Below are positions 27,839 through 36,364 of a stretch of DNA of 64,000 nucleotides, in pieces. The position numbers and the translations under genes are program-made. How positions within the stretch are numbered: position 1 is the stretch's first letter; each line of letters starts with the position of its first letter. This DNA is from Ignavibacteriales bacterium (GTDB lineage Bacteria > Bacteroidota > Ignavibacteria > UBA10030), in NCBI GenBank assembly GCA_016193365.1, contig JACPSI010000017.1, positions 8,679 through 72,678 of the forward strand, read 5' to 3'. The notes under the pieces are model-generated. The model was not told where the DNA came from. It ran no database searches and saw only the letters and a program-made list of their open reading frames with translations.

Positions 27839-28822
27839 TTATTCCTCGCCCTTCCTCAAGCGCTGCATCACGGCAACTCCGATTCCGCGTTCCTTAACTT
27901 GTTCCACGAGGATAACGTCAACCCCTTTTTCGTCAAGCTCTCGTATCGCATCAAAAATATCATGAGCAAATTTCTTGACATCAGCGCCCAGTTTGCGTGC
28001 GTTCTTAGCCTCAAAAGAAGACGGTTCGAAAGAGTGGAAAATGACGCCAATCTTCTTTCCGCTCTTCGCAATGGACTCGATTTCCATTGTCGACCCCACG
28101 ATCATCAATTTTGCACGAGGTGCGTAATGTCTATGCCTCGTTCCCGGAGAACGTTTGAGCAATTCCATCGAATCCGTTGAGCGGACCGGGCCAATCATCT
28201 GTTCAATCTGCTCCCTGGTCAACCCGCCTTCCCGAAGAATGACCGGAGGGTCAACCGTGACATCCAGGACGGTTGATTCAATACCGATTTCCGTTGAACC
28301 TGCGTCGAGAATGAGGTCGACCTTGCCTCGAAGATCGTCGAGGACATGTGCCGCCGTTGTGGGACTGGGGCGGCCCGACAGGTTTGCGCTCGGAGCAACA
28401 ACGCCACTCCCAAATTCTCGAATGAGTGCCAGAGCAACGGCGTGGTTCGGCACGCGAAGAGCGACAGTTCTTAATGCAGCCCGAACGATGTCAGGTACTG
28501 TTTCTTTTCCTTGAAGCACAAGCGTCAAGGGTCCCGGCCAAAACTGACCGGCAAGAGTTTTTGCTTTCGGCGGGATGTCTCCTGCAAACAAGCTTACTTC
28601 TCTAAAGTCGCCAACGTGAACAATCAGAGGATTATCAGAAGGCCTTTGCTTAGCCTCAAAAAGCCTTTGAATGGCCGGAACGTTGAAACTGTCCGCTCCC
28701 AAACCATACACTGTCTCAGTCGGAAAGCAAACCAGTCCTCCGCTTTTGAGAACATCAACTGCATTCGCAATGGCTTTCGGGTCAGGATTCTTCGGGGATA
28801 ACTTGATGACTTTCGTAGTCAT
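27839..28822 (-). CDS. sua5: L-threonylcarbamoyladenylate synthase (Sua5 type)
   Basis: PTETVYGL, K.RP.DNPLIVH, PSANLSG, ESTV and SPG..RHYAP with SUA5 C-domain. Confidence 0.93.
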   Translation of the reverse strand: MTTKVIKLSPKNPDPKAIANAVDVLKSGGLVCFPTETVYGLGADSFNVPAIQRLFEAKQRPSDNPLIVHVGDFREVSLFAGDIPPKAKTLAGQFWPGPLTLVLQGKETVPDIVRAALRTVALRVPNHAVALALIREFGSGVVAPSANLSGRPSPTTAAHVLDDLRGKVDLILDAGSTEIGIESTVLDVTVDPPVILREGGLTREQIEQMIGPVRSTDSMELLKRSPGTRHRHYAPRAKLMIVGSTMEIESIAKSGKKIGVIFHSFEPSSFEAKNARKLGADVKKFAHDIFDAIRELDEKGVDVILVEQVKERGIGVAVMQRLRKGEE

Positions 28823-28860
28823 TGTCAACGACTCAGGCCGGTTTGTTCGAAAAGTGAAAC

Positions 28861-29367
28861 TTACAGCGGTTTGAAACGCTCAAACGACTGGCGGCAGGAA
28901 TCGCAGTAATACAACTGCTTGCAGAGGGTCGAGCCAAAAGGACTCTCGAGGTTTGTTTTTGTCGAACCGCAGAATGGACAGGAAACCGGAAGGAGGAGAG
29001 TAACGGGAAGAGTCTCGTTCATTTTGGGTGGAGGTGCGATTCCGAAAACCCGCAGCTTTTCTTTTGTTGGTTCGGTCAAAAGATCTGTCGACCATGATGA
29101 AGTACGGTCGACGTTGACGGTGATTTCGTCGAAACCTGCCTCTCGCAATCGCACTTGTATATCTTCTTTCATACGGTCAAGGGCCGGGCATCCCATGAAC
29201 GTCGGCGTCATTTCCACTTCCACATCGTTGCCCTTTGTCCTGACCGAACGGATGATCTGAAGGTCAACAAGAGAAAGCACAGGAATCTCGGGGTCCTGAA
29301 CGGAATTGAGGGCCTTCCAGGCTTTTTCTTCGACTGAAATATCTATCTGTTTTTGTTCAGATGACAT
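28861..29367 (-). CDS. paaD: Phenylacetyl-CoA epoxidase maturation subunit PaaD (PaaJ)
   Basis: DPEIP, TPTF.GCP, GIAPP, CPFCGS, FGSTLCK and C..C...FE.FK. Confidence 0.92.
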   Translation of the reverse strand: MSSEQKQIDISVEEKAWKALNSVQDPEIPVLSLVDLQIIRSVRTKGNDVEVEMTPTFMGCPALDRMKEDIQVRLREAGFDEITVNVDRTSSWSTDLLTEPTKEKLRVFGIAPPPKMNETLPVTLLLPVSCPFCGSTKTNLESPFGSTLCKQLYYCDSCRQSFERFKPL

Positions 29368-29401
29368 GAACGATTACCTTGCTTTCATCCTCATACGGTA
29401 T

Positions 29402-30231
29402 TCACCATTTCCCGCTTGGCACGAGCTTGTAGACTGATTGCATGTCCTCTATCAGCGCAGATAAAAAGTCGGTATGCTTTCCCCGTCTCCCTCCGTCGTC
29501 CGCGGGAACACATTCGGCACAAGTGAACCATCCTTGTTGCCAACGGGGACAGAAAGTGTCGCATTTTTCAAAACCGGCACAACCTGATTCATCCATGTCG
29601 ATTTGAGTTCGTCATGGCCGGGGAACAGGCCATTTTTTACGAGTTCTTTTTCTGAGCTGAGAGTTTCGAACATCCCAAGAGCCTGAGGAAATGCCTCGTT
29701 CAGGGCCGCTTGCATTCGCCTGTGGCTTTCTTCCGTCGCATCACCGAGTCGTTCAACCAATCCCTGACTGTGCATCACGTGGTAGTTCTCTTCACGGATG
29801 ATCCGCTGAGAAACATCGCGCAATGCCGGCACCGAACTTTCCGAAAGCGCTTTCAACCTCGCCTGCTCGGTCGCGTCGAAAAGATACTGTCGCACCACGG
29901 CGTAAGCAAAATCGCCTTTCGGGTATGAAACAAACCTGCAACAGCGAAAATCCTGCCACGAACGATCAAATGCCATTTCATCTGGGCTTCTTCCCGTGAG
30001 CTGCTCATACATCGTAAACCAGACAAGCGAGTGGCCAAGCTCGTCCTGAGCAATGTTGGAGAACGCAATGTCTTCTTCGAGTATTGGGGCGTATGCCGTC
30101 CACTCAGAATCGCGATGGCCAAGGACGAGCTCGTCGTCCGCAAGGGCAAGAAGGAATTCGGAAACCGCTTCGCGAGAAATTCCCGCCGGGAGGCTTGCCC
30201 CGAAATTTTTCGTTTCGGGGTTAATGCCCAT
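29402..30231 (-). pseudogene. paaC: Phenylacetyl-CoA epoxidase subunit PaaC, frameshifted near the 3' end
   Basis: LADDELVLGHR.SEW, EEDIA..NIAQDE.GH and EE.YH in the main frame. The conserved tail GGRRGKHT...L..MQ.V...W* is in another frame ending at 29402. Confidence 0.8.
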
Positions 30232-30499
30232 CTTTCTCCGGGGCGTCGAAGGCTTTGGGATCTCTGTAACTCTTGTCCGTTACTTGCGCGAAAAAATTCT
30301 CGTCCTGGTAATCGGTCTTCGTCACGTCTTTCGATTTTACCACCCACAGACTCACGCACCGCAGCCTTCGCGCAAACTGATCACGCGCCATCTGAAGCGC
30401 CATTTGTGGGTCGGGTGCGTGCACAGCGCCGACGTACTCATGCGGATCTCCACGCCGAGACTGATGAAACACTTCGTATGTCTCCCACTGAGTGTCCAT
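30221..30499 (-). CDS. paaB: Phenylacetyl-CoA epoxidase subunit PaaB
   Basis: W..YEVF, H..VG.VHAPD..MAL..ARD.F.RR, LWVV and DKSYR. Confidence 0.93.
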   Translation of the reverse strand: MDTQWETYEVFHQSRRGDPHEYVGAVHAPDPQMALQMARDQFARRLRCVSLWVVKSKDVTKTDYQDENFFAQVTDKSYRDPKAFDAPEKDGH

Positions 30500-31437
30500 C
30501 ACGAGGCCGCAGTTGATTTTCGTCCTTTGGCGGCCAGGGCCTCGCGAACCCATCGGCCGTCTTCGTGAGTTTTGCGGCGTGCATCGAGGCGCTCTTTGTT
30601 GCAAGGTCCGTTGCCGTTGATCACCCGCTTCAGTTCTTCCCAGTCCGGCTGCGAGTAATGATAATGTCCTGTTGCTTTGTCAAAACGGCATTCTTTGTCC
30701 GGGACCTCAAAACTGAGGGCGAGGATCTGAGGAACGATGTGATCAACAAACTCCTGCCGCACTTGTTCGTTGGACTTTGTTTTGATTCGCCATTTCAGAG
30801 CTTGCTGAGAGTGAACAGAGAGAGAATCGGGCGGGCCGGACATCATGAGCGTCGGATACCACCAGCGGTCGATGGATTCTTGGGCCATTTTTCGTTGTTG
30901 GGGGGTCCCCTTCGCGAGTGTAGCAATGACATCATAGCCTTGTTTGATGTGGAATGACTCTTCGTAGCAGATTCTCTTCATTGCGCGCCCATAAGGGCCG
31001 TATGAACTTTGTACTAACATTGTTTGATTAATGACAGCCGCTGTGTCTACCAACCAACCAATAACGCCCACATCGGCCCACGTGGGAGTTGGATAGTTGA
31101 ACACATTCGCATATTTGGCTTTGCCGGACAGCAACTCGTCCATCATGTCCTCGCGGGACTTGCCAAGTGTCTCGGCGGCACGATAGAGAAGCTGGCCGTG
31201 TCCGGCCTCGTCTTGCACCTTTGCGACAAGAGTGAGTTTTCGTCGAAATCCGGGGGCGTAGGGAATCCATTTGCCCTCAGGCAGCTGTCCGACAATTTCG
31301 CTGTGCGCATGCTGGCTCATCATTCGGATGAGATTCTTGCGGTAGTCGTCCGGCATCCAATCTCCGGGCTCGATCTTCTCTCCGCGGCCGACCCGTGTCT
31401 CAAAATCTGCTAATTTCTCTTCGTATGATTTTTCCAT
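30499..31437 (-). CDS. paaA: Phenylacetyl-CoA epoxidase catalytic subunit PaaA
   Basis: [27 protein letters not shown] and WW.P.LMM.GP. Confidence 0.95.
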   Translation of the reverse strand: MEKSYEEKLADFETRVGRGEKIEPGDWMPDDYRKNLIRMMSQHAHSEIVGQLPEGKWIPYAPGFRRKLTLVAKVQDEAGHGQLLYRAAETLGKSREDMMDELLSGKAKYANVFNYPTPTWADVGVIGWLVDTAAVINQTMLVQSSYGPYGRAMKRICYEESFHIKQGYDVIATLAKGTPQQRKMAQESIDRWWYPTLMMSGPPDSLSVHSQQALKWRIKTKSNEQVRQEFVDHIVPQILALSFEVPDKECRFDKATGHYHYSQPDWEELKRVINGNGPCNKERLDARRKTHEDGRWVREALAAKGRKSTAAS

Positions 31438-31494
31438 TGTCTTCTCTTCTCTGACAAAATATAGCAATTTTTACACTGCAAGTAAAACTCAGCC

Positions 31495-32253
31495 TCACGC
31501 CTGGATTGCCGTGATAATGAGCTTAAATGCTGCCACGAGAAGAACCAGGGCAAGAATCCTTCGGAGGAGCAATCCCGAAAACTTTCTCGCCCCGTAGTAT
31601 GACCCAATCAATCCTCCGCCAAAAGCAGCGAGGATTAGCGGGAAGCTTGTGTCAAGTTCCAACCCTCCACGCAAACCCCTGCCCGCCAGCCCTGCGAGCG
31701 AATTCACAACAATAAACAACGCTGATACAGCCGCCGTTTGTTTCGTTGTTGCCCACTTCATGATGACCATAAGCGGACTGAGAAAAATCCCTCCCCCAAC
31801 TCCGACAATACCTGACAGAAGCCCAATACCCGCACCAACAGGAAGCGAAATTGGCAACTTTACGGCATGAAGCTCATCATTCGCCGGAATGACCGCGGAA
31901 TTTGCAAGCCGAAAAGCGGCAAACAGCAGGACAATTGCCAGAAGGATAAAGTAGACTATTTCAGTAACCGGTATCGACCCTCCGATAAACGCGGCTGGAA
32001 TCGAGGCGAGGATAAAAGGCCAAGCCAAAGTCAGAGAAAGGTGTTTTGCGCGGTAATAAGAAATCAAAGAAAGCCCGGCGACGAGCACATTCAAGAGAAG
32101 AGCCGTTGAGGCCATGAGAGATGGAGCGACCGCGAAAAAAGAGAGGATGGCGAGATACCCCGATGCCCCGCCGTGGCCGACAGATGAGTACAAAGCTGCG
32201 ACGACAAAGATCAAAAAAACAACGATGACAAATGATAAGAGATTGATTTCCAT
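31495..32253 (-). CDS. Sulfite exporter TauE/SafE family
   Basis: YSSVGHGGASGY and SG.VGVGGGIFLSP; highly hydrophobic. Confidence 0.88.
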   Translation of the reverse strand: MEINLLSFVIVVFLIFVVAALYSSVGHGGASGYLAILSFFAVAPSLMASTALLLNVLVAGLSLISYYRAKHLSLTLAWPFILASIPAAFIGGSIPVTEIVYFILLAIVLLFAAFRLANSAVIPANDELHAVKLPISLPVGAGIGLLSGIVGVGGGIFLSPLMVIMKWATTKQTAAVSALFIVVNSLAGLAGRGLRGGLELDTSFPLILAAFGGGLIGSYYGARKFSGLLLRRILALVLLVAAFKLIITAIQA

Positions 32254-32275
32254 AATTGCCTAAAGGTAATTCAAC

Positions 32276-32307
32276 CTGTAGGGACACGACATGTCGTGTC
32301 CCTACAG
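32276..32307. repeat. Perfect 32-bp palindrome, GTAG-family REP
   Basis: CTGTAGGGACACGACA|TGTCGTGTCCCTACAG; GTAG...CTAC ends are typical of RAYT-associated REPs. Confidence 0.85.
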
Positions 32308-32314
32308 CAATTTT

Positions 32315-33078
32315 TCATCGCAAAAACAGGATTGCCACGCCGGCCACGGCCACGAAAGCTCCAGCGATGGCCTTCCACGTGAGAATCTCCTTTTGCAAAT
32401 ACCTGACCATGGGAAGCATCATGATGGGCGACGTGGCCATAAGCGTCGCTGCAATTCCAACAAACGTTTTGTCATCACAGCAATCGGATAGAGAACGAAA
32501 ATGGCGGGGACAACGCGTACAAAAGTTGCAACAAGTCCATGAATTTCACCTTCGTCGAACGCCAAACGCGCAAAAATCAAACCGGCTCCCTGCCCCAGCG
32601 CTCCAAAGAAGCCATAGAGCAAACCGATTCTTGTGAGCGAGTGTTTGGCGTCCTCGCGCCTGTCGGAAGCGACGACGGCTATCCCGCCGATCGTTACGAG
32701 CATTCCGAGAATACCCCAGAGCGAAAGGATTTCACCAATGAGAAAATACGCAAGAAGTGCAGAAATCGCCGGCGCGACGGACATGATGAGCATGCTGACA
32801 CGCGCGCCATTGTAAATGTACGATTGAAATAAAAACGTGTCGCCAAAGACGAGGCCGATAAGTCCGCTGACCGCGAGATTTCCAATTTGAGACCACGAAA
32901 GTCGAACATTCAGCCCCATCAGGACAATCGTTGCCAGAAGCAGGAACGCAGCGATAATGAGCCTCGCCACATTGACATGAACGGAGCCAATGCGTTGAAT
33001 CGCTGCTGCAAACACAATGGAACTTCCGGACCACAGAAGAGCCGTCAACAATGCGGAGAGTTCACCGAGGAGGGGCAT
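32315..33078 (-). pseudogene. DMT/EamA transporter with internal deletion and frameshift
   Basis: EamA repeat 1 is intact. After ...MTKR (about 32462) the family C-terminus VGIAATLMATSP...KE..TW.AI.GA.VAV.GV..LF continues in another frame to TGA at 32315, with about one TM missing. Confidence 0.75.
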
Positions 33079-33115
33079 TCTTGTTTTTGCCACGACTTTA
33101 AAGTCGTGGCAAATT

Positions 33116-34909
33116 CTAGTTCCGTTTCATCTCTTGCACACCCCGCACCGCGGCTCTGAGCGTTCCATCCTGACGCTCCCCAATCTGTTGCCGCCACATT
33201 GCGTAATACAGGCCCATCTGGTCGAGCAGGTCTTTGTGTTTTCCAGATTCCACAATCCGGCCTTTTTCCAGCACATAAATCCTGTCAGCGTGCATGATGG
33301 TGGAGAGACGATGGGCAATGAGAAATGATGTGATGTCTTTTTGTTTCGAGACTTCGCGAATCGTCCCGCTGATTTCCTCCTCGGTCAACGAATCGAGCGA
33401 TGACGTTGCTTCATCAAACACCAAAATATTTGGCCTTCGGAGTAACGCGCGTGCAATAGAGAGGCGCTGTTTTTCTCCTCCTGAAACCTTGACGCCCCCC
33501 TCTCCGATAATGGTGTCAAGTCCCCTGTCCGCTCGCGCGAGAAGACTTTGACACGCGGATTTTCTCAGTACCTCCAGGCATTCTGCATCAGATGCTTTGG
33601 GGTTCACAAACAGAAGATTCTCACGGATAGAACCAGAAAACAATTGTGTATCCTGCGTGACAAAACCAATCTGCTCACGAAGTTCTTCAAGGTCAATGTC
33701 CGAGTGAGGAATTCCGTTGTACAGAATCCTTCCCGCGTGCGGCCGATAAAGGCCAACCAGCAATTTCACGAGAGTCGTTTTTCCCGACCCCGACGGTCCG
33801 ACAAACGCTATGGTGTCGCCAAGTTGGGCACCAAAAGAAATATCGCTAAGAGCGTGCGTTGTAGACGACAGATGCTGGAAGGTGACTTTATCAAACTCGA
33901 GTCTCACAGCCTTTCCAAGCCGAGCCGGCGCCGGCGGTTTCGGCTCTTTTGGAGCATTGATGATATCCTCGAAATTTTTCAGCGAAACTTCAGTCTCCCG
34001 GTATGTACTAATAACTCCGCCCAATTCCTGTAGCGGGCCAAAAATAAAGAACGAATAAATCCAGAGCGAAAAGAACTGGCCGAACGTTATCTCCTGTGAA
34101 TAGATTAGATAAAGCATCAGGAAGAGAATACTGGTTCGCAGCGCGTTGACGGATGTCCCCTGGATAAAACTGAGGCTGCGAATGTATTTCACCTTTTTTA
34201 GTTCCAGCTTCAGAATCTTGCCTGTCGTGCTGTTCAGCCGCGTGATTTCCTGCTGGGCGAGCCCGAGGCTTTTCACGAGCTCAATGTTGCGGAGCGATTC
34301 CGTGGTGGACCCGGCCAGAGCCGTGGTCTGTGCAACGATTTCCTTTTGAACCTTCTTGATTTTCTTGCTCAACACGTTGCTTAAGCTGCCCAGGATTGGC
34401 ACGGTCAAGAAGTACACAGGAGCTATGATCCAGTGAACGCTCAACGCGTACACCATGACAAACACAACGCCGACGAGTGTCGTAAAGAGAACGTTGATAA
34501 AGACAGAAATGAGTCGTTCAACATCAGTGCGTACTTTTTGGAGCTTCCCAAGAGTTTCTCCACTTCGCTGATCCTCGAAAACCTGGTAAGGCAATTCAAG
34601 CGAATGCTTTAACCCGTCGGAATAAATCTGCGCGCCCAGTCGCTGCGTAATATTGTTGATGAAATAATCCTGAAAATTCTTTGCAACACGGGAAACGAAT
34701 GCAACTCCAACGGCGGCAGCCAGCAACACACTAACACCTTTGAAAAACTCGGACTGAGTGTACTTCGTGTATTGCAGCGCGTATTCATCGATCACATACC
34801 GGAAAATGAGGGGATCCAGAAGCGAAAACACTTGATTGATCGCCGCCAGCACCAGGGCAAAAACCACCAACTTCCAGTACTGTTTTAAGTAGGAATACAA
34901 AATTTTCAT
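33116..34909 (-). CDS. ABC exporter, fused TMD + ATPase
   Basis: GPSGSGKTT, SGGEKQR, DEATSSLD and IAHRLST. Confidence 0.93.
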   Translation of the reverse strand: MKILYSYLKQYWKLVVFALVLAAINQVFSLLDPLIFRYVIDEYALQYTKYTQSEFFKGVSVLLAAAVGVAFVSRVAKNFQDYFINNITQRLGAQIYSDGLKHSLELPYQVFEDQRSGETLGKLQKVRTDVERLISVFINVLFTTLVGVVFVMVYALSVHWIIAPVYFLTVPILGSLSNVLSKKIKKVQKEIVAQTTALAGSTTESLRNIELVKSLGLAQQEITRLNSTTGKILKLELKKVKYIRSLSFIQGTSVNALRTSILFLMLYLIYSQEITFGQFFSLWIYSFFIFGPLQELGGVISTYRETEVSLKNFEDIINAPKEPKPPAPARLGKAVRLEFDKVTFQHLSSTTHALSDISFGAQLGDTIAFVGPSGSGKTTLVKLLVGLYRPHAGRILYNGIPHSDIDLEELREQIGFVTQDTQLFSGSIRENLLFVNPKASDAECLEVLRKSACQSLLARADRGLDTIIGEGGVKVSGGEKQRLSIARALLRRPNILVFDEATSSLDSLTEEEISGTIREVSKQKDITSFLIAHRLSTIMHADRIYVLEKGRIVESGKHKDLLDQMGLYYAMWRQQIGERQDGTLRAAVRGVQEMKRN

Positions 34910-35121
34910 TCGACGCTCCGCTTTGACTTGACCTTTTGTCTGAACTTTTGAATCAACTTCTTTGCCCATTGAAACTCCGTCGCGAGGATTGCAATTCCCG
35001 CGGGGATGAGAATGAATGCCGGGCCAGGCAGGACGATGAGAGCAATTCCAATAAGGAGTACGGTAGTACCCACAATGGCAATGATGATTCGTTTAATCGA
35101 TTTGAGGCGTTCTGAGATCAT
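34906..35121 (-). CDS. Small membrane protein, PGPGW family
   Basis: LIVLPGPA...GIAILATEF.WA; ATGA overlaps at both ends. Confidence 0.8.
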   Translation of the reverse strand: MISERLKSIKRIIIAIVGTTVLLIGIALIVLPGPAFILIPAGIAILATEFQWAKKLIQKFRQKVKSKRSVE

Positions 35122-35801
35122 TTTTTGAGCCCGCCGTAGATTGCCATCGGGCCGTTCTTCCAAAAACATTCAGGTTCCTGAAATCCAGCCGCATGCAGAG
35201 CGGAGAATTCTTCGGAAAGTGAAAAATAGGTGTCTTCCTCATCCCACTCTGCAAAATGTTTCTTCACTTCCTCATCTGACATTCCTTGACTTTTCATAAA
35301 ATCCGACCACACACGAAGCTCGCTTTCCTGGACGGTTTTCTGTTGACTCATGGTGCAATCTCCGTTGAGAAAGATCCCGGGCGAACCGAGGGCTTGAAAG
35401 ATGTTTCGGTAGATGCGGGTTTTTTTCGCCATGTCATCGACATGATGAAGCGCAAGCGTCGCAACCACAGCGTCACATTGAGGAAGCGGCTCATAAAACG
35501 ATGTCGCAGAAAGCTGGACACGGCTTCCGAATTCCGAAAGGCGCTGTCGGGCAACATCCAGCATTTTACCGTCCGTGTCTCGTATCTCCAGTTTGGCGCC
35601 GGGAAAACCTTTGACGATCGCTTCCGCGAGCGAACCCGTGCCTCCGCCCAGGTCAATCACAAATCCGCCTGAACGTAAGGTGGAACCCAACCATTTGACG
35701 ATTTCCCGGAGAATCTCATCGTATCCCGGTATGAACGTTCTGATAATCCGGTCGTATTCAACCGCCTGTAGACGGAGATGTTCTTCAACCGAGTGCGGCA
35801 T
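35118..35801 (-). CDS. Class I SAM-dependent methyltransferase (CmoA-like)
   Basis: YD..IR.FIPGY, IDLGGGTG and LALHH; exact start uncertain. Confidence 0.85.
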   Translation of the reverse strand: MPHSVEEHLRLQAVEYDRIIRTFIPGYDEILREIVKWLGSTLRSGGFVIDLGGGTGSLAEAIVKGFPGAKLEIRDTDGKMLDVARQRLSEFGSRVQLSATSFYEPLPQCDAVVATLALHHVDDMAKKTRIYRNIFQALGSPGIFLNGDCTMSQQKTVQESELRVWSDFMKSQGMSDEEVKKHFAEWDEEDTYFSLSEEFSALHAAGFQEPECFWKNGPMAIYGGLKK

Positions 35802-35864
35802 TGCCATTCTCATGAAGACGAAAAAAAAACTCAACGCAGTCGAGGGCAACCGGAACGCTTGAAC

Positions 35865-36284
35865 TCATTCCTTGCCTTTCCATGTGCCATCTTCGACCCC
35901 TGTTCCCCAGCCGTCATACTGTCCCTGAAAAGGTGCAACCAATGACATGAAATACCTCCTCAGTGTAGCAAGATTTTTAGATGTTGGCGCGATTTTCTTC
36001 ACTGCGAAACAAAGCCAATCCCTTCTGCTGCCTTTGTCGACCTGGACGTCGAAACCTGCCTTTTGCAGTTCTGCCCCGACCTTGTAAGCTTCTTCTTCTG
36101 ACGACAGGTAGAGAAAAAACTCGACTTCCCTCGTTTTCCTCGTATCTCCGCCCATCTGAGCAATAAGCTCGAGAACTCTTCTGTCCGCGCGATCTGCGAC
36201 AACCAGATGATCCAATTTGCCCGCGGAGGGTTTCTGTGCACGTTTGCGCGCTAAGTTAACCCCTGTCAGCTTCTTTCGCTTCAT
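35865..36284 (-). CDS. RraB-like (DUF1260) domain protein
   Basis: D..VL..I...G.D....REVEFF and G.YDGWG. Confidence 0.75.
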   Translation of the reverse strand: MKRKKLTGVNLARKRAQKPSAGKLDHLVVADRADRRVLELIAQMGGDTRKTREVEFFLYLSSEEEAYKVGAELQKAGFDVQVDKGSRRDWLCFAVKKIAPTSKNLATLRRYFMSLVAPFQGQYDGWGTGVEDGTWKGKE

Positions 36285-36316
36285 CGTAGAGAAGACGTGA
36301 GGCGTTTCACCACAAA

Positions 36317-36360
36317 AACCTGACAGGTCCCCAGAGAGTACAAAAGAGACCTGTCAGGTT
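36317..36360. repeat. REP-like inverted pair (ACCTG.CAGGT family)
   Basis: AACCTGACAGGTC 36317-36329 and its exact reverse complement GACCTGTCAGGTT 36348-36360. Confidence 0.78.
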
Positions 36361-36364
36361 CAAA

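Noticed and set aside
29402-29596. Independent 64-aa gene or programmed frameshift
   Set aside because: It is the displaced PaaC tail; no slippery heptamer or stimulatory structure was seen
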